Positions 7,775 through 16,228 of a DNA stretch of 33,923 nucleotides are shown here, piece after piece. A program made the position numbers and the translations under genes. Position 1 is the first letter of the stretch. Every line of letters begins with the position of its first letter. A model generated the notes under the pieces. That model ran no database searches, was not told the DNA's origin, and was given only the letters and a program-made list of their open reading frames with translations. Location: the NCBI GenBank assembly GCA_044229145.1, contig JBGATO010000040.1:1-33923 (forward strand). The letters run 5' to 3'. The stretch is from Candidatus Eiseniibacteriota bacterium. GTDB lineage: Bacteria; Eisenbacteria; RBG-16-71-46; CAZEPH01.

Positions 7775-8448
7775 TGGCCACCTCCCGCTGCGTGGCACTT
7801 CTCGCACTTCGCATCGTCCTCGACGCCGAAGCTCTTCTCGCCGTCGTGGCATCCGCCGCAGCGTTTCGTGTCGTGCGCGGTGCTGCTGGTGGCGCCGCCG
7901 CCCTTGCTGCGCGCGAAGAGCGATGGGTGACACGTGGCGCACGTGCCGACCTTGCCCTTGTGCGTGCTGTGCCGGAAAGTGACACGGCCCGGCGAATCAC
8001 CGCTCTGTGGGTAGACGAAGTCGGCCGGCATGCGTGGCCCGGCGCTCGCGGCCACCGCGTCGCTCGAATCGCCGGCGACCGCTGCCGGAGCCGGCGGCAC
8101 ATGACATTCGACACACGACGTCGAATCACGCGTCGACGCAGCCTTCACCCCGTCGTGACAGATGCCGCACAGCTGGCGCGCGTCCATTGCGCGATGGGGC
8201 GCGCGATGCGTCGGATGCAACATCGCGAACGGTCGCGGATGGCAGACGGTGCACTGCTGCTTGGCGTAGTCGAAATGGGTCACGTGACTGAACGGCACCG
8301 GCCGCTCCGGGGCGGTGCGTGTGTACACGATGTCGCGCGGTAGACGCAGCGAATCGCCCACGTCGTGCGGGGCCGGCGACGCCACGCCGACCGCAACCCA
8401 CATCAGGCCCTGACGCGCCCACTGCCGCGCGCGTCCCCCTGACCACAT
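7771..8448 (-). CDS. Hexaheme c-type cytochrome (two c7-type triheme modules)
   Basis: Six CXXCH motifs (CTVCH, CGICH, CVECH, CATCH, CGGCH, CEKCH), each trio preceded by FSHVTH/FRHSTH; GGAGG SD at 8456-8460; start 8448 or GTG 8451. Confidence 0.88.
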   Translation of the reverse strand: MWSGGRARQWARQGLMWVAVGVASPAPHDVGDSLRLPRDIVYTRTAPERPVPFSHVTHFDYAKQQCTVCHPRPFAMLHPTHRAPHRAMDARQLCGICHDGVKAASTRDSTSCVECHVPPAPAAVAGDSSDAVAASAGPRMPADFVYPQSGDSPGRVTFRHSTHKGKVGTCATCHPSLFARSKGGGATSSTAHDTKRCGGCHDGEKSFGVEDDAKCEKCHAAGGGQ

Positions 8449-8727
8449 CACCCAACCTCCCCGAGCGCACCGGAGCTCCATCGCCCATCGGCGCACTCAC
8501 CTCGAACGCAACACCCGGTTCACGCGGCTGTCTCACCGCGGGGCTTCAGCGACGACGCAAGATGGGGGTGGCGACGCTCCCTCGGTCGCACATCACGACG
8601 TGCCGTGCCTCATGAATAGGCTATCGACATCGCGCTGGGACCAACCATACGCACTGCGTGGCACTACCTTGGCTTCGGTCCACGGTCGCCGATCGGCGGA
8701 GGCACTCGTTACGCGGGCGTGAACCGT

Positions 8728-9702
8728 TCAGCGCGCGGCCGGCGCGGGGCGCGCCGGAATGCGCTCGACCATCGCCCACAAGCTATACTGCGGATCGGCG
8801 ATGAAGGTGATGAGCAGGCGCGTCCACGAGCGATAGCTGTGTTGCGCGTCGTAGTGTGCGCGGGCGCGGGCGCGAACCGCCGGCAGCCGGTTCCACGGCA
8901 CGGACGGGAAATCATGATGTTCGTTGTGATACCCGATGTTGAAGCTCAGCGCGTTCGCGGGTCCATAGTACGAGTAGGTCTCCTGCGCGGGGTCCAGCGT
9001 GGCGTGCTCCTGGATCCACCGCGCGCCCAATGGGTGCAGGCCAATCGCGAAGGTGAACGATGCCGCGAGGTACGCCAGCGCACCGACGCCGCCGGTCATG
9101 GCGATCGCCCCGATGTAGAGCACTTGCCACGCGCCATTGACCAGCACGCGACGGTCGACGAGATCGCGCGGTGACAGATGCAGTGGCCGCGTGCCGTAGA
9201 CCACCGGAAAGGCGAGCAGCCACAGCGCCTTGCGCCACGCGCTGTGTCCCACCCAGCGCGCTTCGGCGCGCGACGGCAAGCCGACATCATGCGCGTACAC
9301 GCCGAGATACGCGTGGTGCCGCATGTGATAGCGCTCGAAGTACGCGTAGCCCGGCACCAACAGCGGCAGATTGGCGACCCACCCCACCACCGTGTTGGCG
9401 AATCGCGCGCGGAACACCAAGCGATGCGTGGCCTCGTGGATCATCGCCCACAAGGCATGATCGGCGAGCGCGCCGACCGTGTAGGCAAGCACCAGCACCA
9501 GCCACCACATCGCGTGCGAGCGGCCCAGTGCGACGGCGAGCCCGGTCTGCAAGACGACGAGACCACCGGTGGCCACCGCAGTCCACGGATTGCGACCGAT
9601 GAGACCGCGTATGTCCGGATGCGCGGCGAGCAGGCGGCGGGTGGTCGCCAGATGCGGTGACGGCGCGTCGAGGCGAAAGAAGTCCGCGGAAGGCTCGCTC
9701 AT
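8728..9702 (-). CDS. Membrane lipid desaturase, sphingolipid delta-4 desaturase (DES1/DEGS)-like
   Basis: His boxes HEATH, HMRHH, HNEHH; GLHPLGARWIQEH and QETYSYYGP...NIGYHNEHHDFPSVP; N-terminal DFF...PH...RRLLAAHPDIRGLIG; ATG 9702 overlaps the upstream stop. Confidence 0.85.
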   Translation of the reverse strand: MSEPSADFFRLDAPSPHLATTRRLLAAHPDIRGLIGRNPWTAVATGGLVVLQTGLAVALGRSHAMWWLVLVLAYTVGALADHALWAMIHEATHRLVFRARFANTVVGWVANLPLLVPGYAYFERYHMRHHAYLGVYAHDVGLPSRAEARWVGHSAWRKALWLLAFPVVYGTRPLHLSPRDLVDRRVLVNGAWQVLYIGAIAMTGGVGALAYLAASFTFAIGLHPLGARWIQEHATLDPAQETYSYYGPANALSFNIGYHNEHHDFPSVPWNRLPAVRARARAHYDAQHSYRSWTRLLITFIADPQYSLWAMVERIPARPAPAAR

Positions 9703-10859
9703 GCGAGACGCAGCCGGCGGAGCACGGCACGCGGTGCCACCCACGCGCTGATGGCGCTGCGGTGCTCGGCGGCACCGGTGTCCCACGCGGGCGTCGTGGC
9801 GCGATCCCAGCGCACCCCGCCGAGGCCACCGAGCGGCACGGCGACCGACAGGCCCGACGTCGTCCCCTCGCGGCCGCGCGCGTGGTCGATCGCGCGTCCG
9901 CCGCGCACCGCGACGACGTTCGCCACCACGACTTCCCAGCCCGCGTGCTCGACGACGGCGCTCTCGAATGCGGGCCCGTCGAGCGCTTGGGTGCTCCAGG
10001 TCGCATGGTCCCACGCGCGGGTCACGGCAATCAGCGGTTGGAGAGAAGACCACAGCGATGCCACACGCGAGCCGTCGGACGGTGTCCAGGCGCCGGTGCT
10101 GGCGTGGATCGCCCAGCCATAGCGATCCGCGCGCGGCGCCGCGCGACGCGTGGCGCCAGCCCACGCCACCACCGGCGCGCGCCCGTAGTTGAGATCCGCG
10201 CCGCCGAACGTCACGTCGACGCGGGTGCCGCCGAGATACCCCGCCAACCGCGCCGGCGCCGGACGCTCCCGCGCGGTGTCGAACGGTGTGACGCGCACGA
10301 GCAATCCGCGATCGCGCGCCGTCACCGCACCGTCGATGCCGCCGTTGGCGAGCACATCCCGCGTCCAGCCGAATCCCACGACAAGGTCGGCGATGTCACC
10401 GAAGCGGGCAGCGTCCCGGTCACCGAGCGCGCGCCGGAGACCCGCCGCGCTGAGCGCGACGCCACGGGTGGCCGGCGTGCGATCGTGGGGCGCGTCGCCC
10501 CATGTGCCGCCGATGGCGAGACCGGAGCCCGCCACGCTCCACGCATGCCAGGCCGAGTTCTCCGACGCATCGCCCGCCCCGCCATACCCGACCCCGCTGG
10601 CATCGACCCGTGTGGCTGGATTGACCCACGCATCCGGAGCCCCACCCCAGATAACGCCGGTCGATGCTCCCCCCATGCCCGCGGCACGCACGACCGGGTC
10701 GAAAATCGCCGCTGCTCGTCCATTCTCCTGCGCGGCACACGGGGCCGCGAGGCACCACACCCACGCGCAGGCCACACCCGCCGCGCGTCTGCAATTCGAA
10801 GGTAAGATAGGCGCCCCTTGCTTGCTCGAGGGAGCCCGGACGCCGCGGGGGATCGGCAT
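9699..10859 (-). CDS. Putative exported/outer-membrane protein, PorV/FadL-like N-terminus; start uncertain
   Basis: Signal-like segment (...WVWCLAAPCAA|QEN) then VRAAGMGGA...WVNPA; Trp/Gly-rich beta-strand-like segments. Confidence 0.5.
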   Translation of the reverse strand: MPIPRGVRAPSSKQGAPILPSNCRRAAGVACAWVWCLAAPCAAQENGRAAAIFDPVVRAAGMGGASTGVIWGGAPDAWVNPATRVDASGVGYGGAGDASENSAWHAWSVAGSGLAIGGTWGDAPHDRTPATRGVALSAAGLRRALGDRDAARFGDIADLVVGFGWTRDVLANGGIDGAVTARDRGLLVRVTPFDTARERPAPARLAGYLGGTRVDVTFGGADLNYGRAPVVAWAGATRRAAPRADRYGWAIHASTGAWTPSDGSRVASLWSSLQPLIAVTRAWDHATWSTQALDGPAFESAVVEHAGWEVVVANVVAVRGGRAIDHARGREGTTSGLSVAVPLGGLGGVRWDRATTPAWDTGAAEHRSAISAWVAPRAVLRRLRLA

Positions 10860-11039
10860 GCGAGCGTGGGCCGGGTGAACCGGTCGTCGTCAGGATGCTT
10901 CGGGAACCACGTTTCCGCGACGGGGGTTCCTCCCGCTTGCAGATCCGTCGCACCACGCGGCGCGTTTCCGTCCTGACCGTGTGGGTCGCGCTCGCACCGC
11001 GACCCGTGTGTGCGTTCTCCGCTGCTTTCGCGCCGCACG

Positions 11040-11340
11040 TCGCGCGGCTGCTCGCGGCGGTGGCGGTCAGCGGATGCGCCACGGTGCGCCCGTGGGATTC
11101 CGATCTCCTGGCGCAGATACACATGCGATGCGTGCCGAATCCGTCGCCACGCCTGTTGCCGGCGAAGCCGCCAACGAAGCCCTCCGCCTCAAACGCGCAT
11201 ACAGCCTCTACCGCGACGGCAACCTCGTGCATCGCCTCACCACGGCCAACGGGACCGCGGTCAACTCTCCTCCACGGTGCGGCAGCCGACGCCTTCCTGC
11301 GCGGGCAGGGCGTCGTCTACCGCATCGTGCAGGGCACCGC
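11040..11340 (+). pseudogene. Collapsed relic of DUF4266 lipoprotein + ApbE (FAD:protein FMN transferase) genes
   Basis: Three short fragments in alternating frames: VSGCATVRPWDSDLLAQIHM (DUF4266-like N-terminus), AANEALRLKRAYSLYRDGNLVHRLTTANG (ApbE-like N-terminal region), LLHGAAADAFLRGQGVVY (ApbE-like C-terminus). Recognised from memory of the family motifs. Confidence 0.5.
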
Positions 11341-11341
11341 G

Positions 11342-11551
11342 CTACGCCGTCGCGACGTGCGGCTCGTTGAGCGAATCCTCCATTTCGTCGAGCACACCCT
11401 CGAGCTCGATCATCCGCAACGCGCACGCGTCGAACAACATGCTGCCGCGCTCACGTACCGGATCGAATCCGTGACGGAGGAAGACTTCGCGATACTCCGG
11501 GTGCTCCTCGATGAGGGAGCCGAGGGACATAAGAGGGTCGATGTACGCCAT
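11342..11551 (-). CDS. Small stand-alone ScdA_N/DUF542-like protein (69 aa)
   Basis: MAYIDPLMSLGSLIEEHPEYREVFLRHGFD...LFDACALRMIELEGVLDEM; GGAGG SD at 11557-11561. Confidence 0.6.
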   Translation of the reverse strand: MAYIDPLMSLGSLIEEHPEYREVFLRHGFDPVRERGSMLFDACALRMIELEGVLDEMEDSLNEPHVATA

Positions 11552-11691
11552 TGCTGCCTCCGACGGTCGAGTTCCGGTGCCCGACTGCACCGCCACATAC
11601 AAGAATCGACCGCCGCGAGGGGTGCAGGCCAGGGGACAATAGCCGCACCGAAAGTTCGACCATGGGAGAATGCCGTGGGCCTGAGCCGCGC

Positions 11692-12420
11692 TCAGGCAGG
11701 CAGGCGCACCACCACGGTCATCCCGCCGAACAGCCGCTGGCCGCCCAGCCGTTCCACCCATCCATTGAGCCGCGCCAGGCCGAACAGCAACGTGTCCGAG
11801 AACCGGAAGTACCACAGAAAGGTCGGCCACGTCTCGAGCGCCACGAGTTCGAGCCCGGCGTCGCGCACTGCGCGCTCCACGCGGGCCGGCGTGTTGGCAC
11901 GGTGGAAGGTCGGCGCGTTGTCGCCGAGCGCGGCACCGAAGCTCGCGCGGCGCACTACACGGCGCAGCCAGCGCGGCACCCAGCGCACACTCCACATCCC
12001 GGGATTCCAGACGTTGACGGTGGTGATCACCGCCAGCCCGCCGGGACGCAGGACGCGCGCGAACTCACGCAACGTGCGGGCGGGATCGCGCAAGTGCTCG
12101 AGCACGTCGCGGCACACCACCAAGTCGAAGGCACGCGCGGCCAGCGGGATGACCGAAGCGTCGGCAACCAGCCGCCACGTCACGTCGGCATTGGCGCGCA
12201 CGGTCCGCTCATCGACCTCGAGACCGACCACATCCCAGCCGGCGTAGTGCGTCACCAACCCGTACTGGAATCCGCAGCCGGCATCGAGGACACGCGGATG
12301 GAACGCGGCGGCATGCGCCCCCAACCACGGGGCGATGTAGCGGCGTTCACAGTCGACTGCGAGCTGCATGTGCGGATGCAGCTGGCGGATCCGCTGCAGT
12401 TGCACCGGTCCGGAAGACAT
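11692..12420 (-). CDS. Class I SAM-dependent methyltransferase
   Basis: VLDAGCG motif I, FDLVVCRDVLEHL, ARVLRPGG. Confidence 0.88.
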   Translation of the reverse strand: MSSGPVQLQRIRQLHPHMQLAVDCERRYIAPWLGAHAAAFHPRVLDAGCGFQYGLVTHYAGWDVVGLEVDERTVRANADVTWRLVADASVIPLAARAFDLVVCRDVLEHLRDPARTLREFARVLRPGGLAVITTVNVWNPGMWSVRWVPRWLRRVVRRASFGAALGDNAPTFHRANTPARVERAVRDAGLELVALETWPTFLWYFRFSDTLLFGLARLNGWVERLGGQRLFGGMTVVVRLPA

Positions 12421-12553
12421 GCGCGATCCCAGGGGGATGCCGGTCGCGGACCGCAGGTGCGGTCCCGGGGCGGGAGCGATCGGCGCGCGCTCGCCGGCCC
12501 GACAGCAGAGGAGTGTAACGCCCGCCGCACGCCCGGCGATGCGGGCGAAAAGG

Positions 12554-13975
12554 CTACGTCGCGGTGCGACTTCGTTGCACCACCAGGTGCGTCGCCGCGG
12601 TCAACCCGAACAGCAGCCAGGCGTAGAACATGTAGGTGGCGTCGCGCTGGTAGTCGGTGCGCATCTGCGACACCAGGAACTGCACCACCATGACGTGCAG
12701 CGCCACCATGAGCGAGCGCGAGAAGGCCGGATCCTGCAGCGAACGCCCGGCGTCGCGGTGCGAGATCACCACCGACGACACGCAGACCCATGCCAGCGCC
12801 AGCGCGCCGAAGACGCCGGTGGTGTAGAACGCGAAGATGAAGCCGTTGTGCGGCCAGTAGATCGCCGAGATCGTACGCTGGATGTTGTAATACGGGCCCC
12901 AGCCGATCCACGGGCGCTCCATCGCGCGCTCCCACGCCGACGACCAGATGCCGACGCGGGTGTCCGGCACCAACCCGACGAACTTGGTCTCCGACACGCG
13001 ACGGAACAGCGACGCGACGATCGTGTGCTCGCTGAGCACCGTGCTGATCGTCCACAACGCCAAAATGCCGAGCGCGATCGTGGTCGCCACCGGCACGATC
13101 TTGACGTCCTTGCGCACGCGGACGCCGAGGTACAACAACCCGACGAGCAGAGAGAGCAACCCGCCACGGTTCGCGGTCGCCAACTGGCCGATCAGGGTGA
13201 GGCCGATGAGAACCGCGTAGGCCGCGCGTCCGCGCAGCGACTTCTCGCGGACGAACATCAGCACCTCGAGACACATGATCGCCGCGCAATAGTCGGAGAG
13301 CAGGTCGTGACTGTTGAACGCGCCGCCGGCGCGGAATCCTTCGTGATACGCCTTGATGTTCTGGTCTTCCGGGATGATCCACTGCGGAATCAGCGCGCGC
13401 CCCGGGAACAGGATCTGGAACACCACCGTCAGCATCATGAGGAACGCGCCGAACAACATGAAGCGCACCACCGTCTCGAGCTGCGTGTCGGTCTCGACGA
13501 AATTGACGATGAGATAGAAGAAGCCGACGCAGCCGAGCAGCGTCGAGAAGTTGCTGATGCCCTGCACCAGGACCGATCCGCTCGAGATGCTGAGGAACGA
13601 GATCATGTACGTGGTGATGAGCAGCACGATCGGCGCTTCCATGCCGGTGCGCAACTGCGCGCGATACTGTCCGAGCGACACACGCGCCAACCAGATGCAC
13701 AACAGCACCACCACCGCGAGCACGTTGGTGGAGCCCACCGAGAGCCCGATCGGAAACATCGAGATGACCGTCATCGCCGCCAGCGAGTAGAACAGCGGAT
13801 AGCGGATCGCCATGCCGGCGAGAATCAGGCCGGCGCACGCTTCGATGACGCGCTTGTTCGGCGCGGCGATCATCTGTCCGAGCAACACCGCGATGCCGAC
13901 GATGACCATGGCGCCGGCGATCTGCGACAGCGGCCACTGCTTGCGGCGATCGTATGTGAACTCGGTCTGCGACAC
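12554..13975 (-). CDS. O-antigen ligase / Wzy_C family membrane protein
   Basis: Multi-TM; RAGGAF, TANRGGLL, TRVGIW, PWIGWG, PHNGF motifs; probable GTG start 13975 (the longer ORF overlaps the tRNA). Confidence 0.8.
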   Translation of the reverse strand: MSQTEFTYDRRKQWPLSQIAGAMVIVGIAVLLGQMIAAPNKRVIEACAGLILAGMAIRYPLFYSLAAMTVISMFPIGLSVGSTNVLAVVVLLCIWLARVSLGQYRAQLRTGMEAPIVLLITTYMISFLSISSGSVLVQGISNFSTLLGCVGFFYLIVNFVETDTQLETVVRFMLFGAFLMMLTVVFQILFPGRALIPQWIIPEDQNIKAYHEGFRAGGAFNSHDLLSDYCAAIMCLEVLMFVREKSLRGRAAYAVLIGLTLIGQLATANRGGLLSLLVGLLYLGVRVRKDVKIVPVATTIALGILALWTISTVLSEHTIVASLFRRVSETKFVGLVPDTRVGIWSSAWERAMERPWIGWGPYYNIQRTISAIYWPHNGFIFAFYTTGVFGALALAWVCVSSVVISHRDAGRSLQDPAFSRSLMVALHVMVVQFLVSQMRTDYQRDATYMFYAWLLFGLTAATHLVVQRSRTAT

Positions 13976-14110
13976 CGGCGCGCGGCCTCGGGACGGTCGG
14001 GAGCCCGGCGGGCGCCGGGCAGCGAAGAACTCCGGAAGTGTATCGGATCGAATCGCGGACGTCTGCACGCCGGAGACACCCGCCGCGCCTGGAGCAACGA
14101 GTGCGCGAAG

Positions 14111-14186
14111 TGGAGCTGGCGAAGGGAATTGAACCCCCAACCTACTGATTACAAATCAGTTGCTCTGCCAATTGAGCTACGCCAGC
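14111..14186 (-). tRNA. tRNA-Thr(TGT)
   Basis: GCTGGCGTAGCTCAATTGGCAGAGCAACTGATTTGTAATCAGTAGGTTGGGGGTTCAATTCCCTTCGCCAGCTCCA: 7-bp acceptor stem, anticodon TGT, TTC loop, encoded CCA. Confidence 0.97.
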
Positions 14187-14265
14187 CCGCTCGGGAGCCA
14201 CCGCCGCACCTCCACTGTGCGGCGGCAGCCCGCCCGCGCCGCGTTCCCTCGCGGGGGGCGGGCAC

Positions 14266-14293
14266 ATCCTACGGACGGACGGGCGAAAGTCAA
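14266..14293 (-). promoter_or_regulatory. Sigma70-type promoter for tRNA-Thr
   Basis: TTGACT-N16-TAGGAT followed by a GC-rich discriminator. Confidence 0.6.
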
Positions 14294-14384
14294 CGACCGG
14301 CCGGTCGCCGGCGCCGGTGGAGCCAACGCCGCGGACCCCGCGCCGCGGTTGACGCCGGCGCGCCGGCTCCGGCAGGGTGCCGGC

Positions 14385-14876
14385 ATGGCCGACCCGATCC
14401 TCGACGACGACCACTACTGCTACTGCTGCGGCACCGCGAATCCGGAAGGTTTGCACGTGCGTTTCGACGAATTGCCGGACGGCGCGCTCGGCACCCGCGT
14501 GCGTTTCGCGCCGCACCACGCGACGGGCGGCGGTCGCGTGCATCCCGGATTCCTCACCTTGATCGTCGACGAACTCGCGGTGCAAATGCTGCTCTATCAG
14601 GGCATCGCGGCCGTCTCGACGGAACTGCGCATGCAGGAATTCGGCGAAGTCGCGGTGGGCGAACAGGTCGTGGTGCGGGCGTGGCGCGGCGCTCGCGCGC
14701 GCGGCCGATTCCTCGAAGTCGAGTGCGACGCACGTGTGGACGACGCCGGCCGCTACGGCGAAGGCCGCGTGGTGGCTGCCGGCACCATCGCGTGCATGGA
14801 AGTCGGGATCGCGGAGGAAGGTGCGGTGGATCGCTTCGTCGAGAAGCGCCGCCGTCGCGCCGCCGGTTTGGAGTAG
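14385..14876 (+). CDS. PaaI/hotdog-fold thioesterase family protein
   Basis: MADPILDDDHYCYCCGTANPEGL...VHPGFLTLIVDE (CxxCG-N-xxGL and HxG...D/E pattern). Confidence 0.8.
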   Translation: MADPILDDDHYCYCCGTANPEGLHVRFDELPDGALGTRVRFAPHHATGGGRVHPGFLTLIVDELAVQMLLYQGIAAVSTELRMQEFGEVAVGEQVVVRAWRGARARGRFLEVECDARVDDAGRYGEGRVVAAGTIACMEVGIAEEGAVDRFVEKRRRRAAGLE

Positions 14877-14879
14877 CGG

Positions 14880-16193
14880 CTACCGCGCCACGGCGCGCAG
14901 TTCCGCCAGCGTCTCACGCAACCGCGTAAACGCCGCCGCGATGTCCTCGAGCGATACCGCACCCACCGACAGCCGGAACCACCCACTCTCCTCCCGCAGC
15001 CCAAACGCCTGGAACGGCACCACCGCCATCCCCGCCTCGTCGAGCAGCAGTGCGCGGATGTCCTCGTTGCGCTCGAGCACGCGGCCGCGCACCGTGCAGC
15101 CGATGGCCTCGACGCGCGCCGAGAGATAGATCGCGCCCTGCGGCGCAATCGCATCGACCGGGTATCCGTCGGCGCGCATCGCCGCGAATCCCGCGTACAG
15201 TGCGTCGAGCCGCGCCTGCACGTCGTGCGTCATCGTCGCGTGATAGCGCTCGATCACCGCCGGCGCGTCGAGCAGCGCCGCGGTCGCGAGCTGCTCTGCT
15301 TTCGGCGCCCACGCGCCGACGTGACCGAGGATGTCGGCCATGCGCTGGCGCAGACGCGGCGGCATGACGCCCCAGCCGACGCGCAGCCCGGTGGCCGCGA
15401 ACGCCTTCGAAACACCGTCGAGCATGATCGTGTACGGCGCGACCTCCGGCACCAATTGCGGCGGCGCCCAATGACGCGCCGCGCCGAACGTCAGCATCCA
15501 GTAGATCTGGTCGAAGAGCAGGTACACGGGACGCTCGCCGGTTCGCAGGCGGCGGGCATTCTCCTCGACGACGAGCGTGGCGATGCGCGAGAGTTCGCTG
15601 GCGTCGATCACCGTGCCCGTGGGGTTGAGCGGCGAGTTGAGAAAGACGAGACGCGCCTCGCGGATGTGCGGCGCGATCATCGCCGCGGTCGGGAAGAAAT
15701 TGGTGTCGGCGTGCACCGGCAACTCGACGGCACGCGCACCGGAGAGATACGCGTAGTGGTTGTTGTTCCACGACGGCACCGGATAGACCGCGACATCGCC
15801 GGGGTCGAGGAGCGTGCGATAGGTCGCATACAGCAACGGCCGCGCCCCGCCGGCGATCAACACCGCGTCCACCGGATAGCGCAGGCCGAACGCGCGCTCG
15901 TAGAAACGCACCACCGCCTCGCGCAATTGCGGCACACCGTCGCTCGGTGGATAGTTGGTCTGGCCGCCGGCGAGCGCATCACGCGTGCCGGCGAGCAAGG
16001 CGTCGGGAATCGGGAAGTAGGCGGGATTGAAGTCGCCGACCGTGAGATTGCACACCGGTGTGCCGGTGGCGATCAACGCGCGAATCTGCGCCGCGATGCG
16101 CAGGATCTCCGAACCGACGACCCCGTCGGCGAGATGCGACAACGGCGCCGCCGCGTGCGGCGACTCTTGCAGCCGCGCGGTGAGATCGTGCAT
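14880..16193 (-). CDS. Aminotransferase class I/II (aspartate aminotransferase-like)
   Basis: NLTVGDF, TNYPPSDG, NSPLNPTG, DQIY, GVSKAFAATGLRVGW; ATG 16193 with AGGAGG SD. Confidence 0.92.
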   Translation of the reverse strand: MHDLTARLQESPHAAAPLSHLADGVVGSEILRIAAQIRALIATGTPVCNLTVGDFNPAYFPIPDALLAGTRDALAGGQTNYPPSDGVPQLREAVVRFYERAFGLRYPVDAVLIAGGARPLLYATYRTLLDPGDVAVYPVPSWNNNHYAYLSGARAVELPVHADTNFFPTAAMIAPHIREARLVFLNSPLNPTGTVIDASELSRIATLVVEENARRLRTGERPVYLLFDQIYWMLTFGAARHWAPPQLVPEVAPYTIMLDGVSKAFAATGLRVGWGVMPPRLRQRMADILGHVGAWAPKAEQLATAALLDAPAVIERYHATMTHDVQARLDALYAGFAAMRADGYPVDAIAPQGAIYLSARVEAIGCTVRGRVLERNEDIRALLLDEAGMAVVPFQAFGLREESGWFRLSVGAVSLEDIAAAFTRLRETLAELRAVAR

Positions 16194-16228
16194 CGAACGC
16201 CTCCTCTCCGCGCGGCCGCGGCCGCGCG

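Noticed and set aside
7775..7942. Arg-rich upstream extension of the HybA-like ORF as a Tat signal
   Set aside because: It lies inside the cytochrome CDS and has no hydrophobic h-region; SD and ATGA coupling support the 7774 start.
10895..12247. 450-aa plus-strand ORF as a real gene
   Set aside because: Overlaps two minus-strand genes; only short relic fragments within it look protein-like.
8700..14186. Integrative element at tRNA-Thr
   Set aside because: No integrase or transposase, no duplicate of the tRNA 3' end found by eye, and no obvious GC shift.
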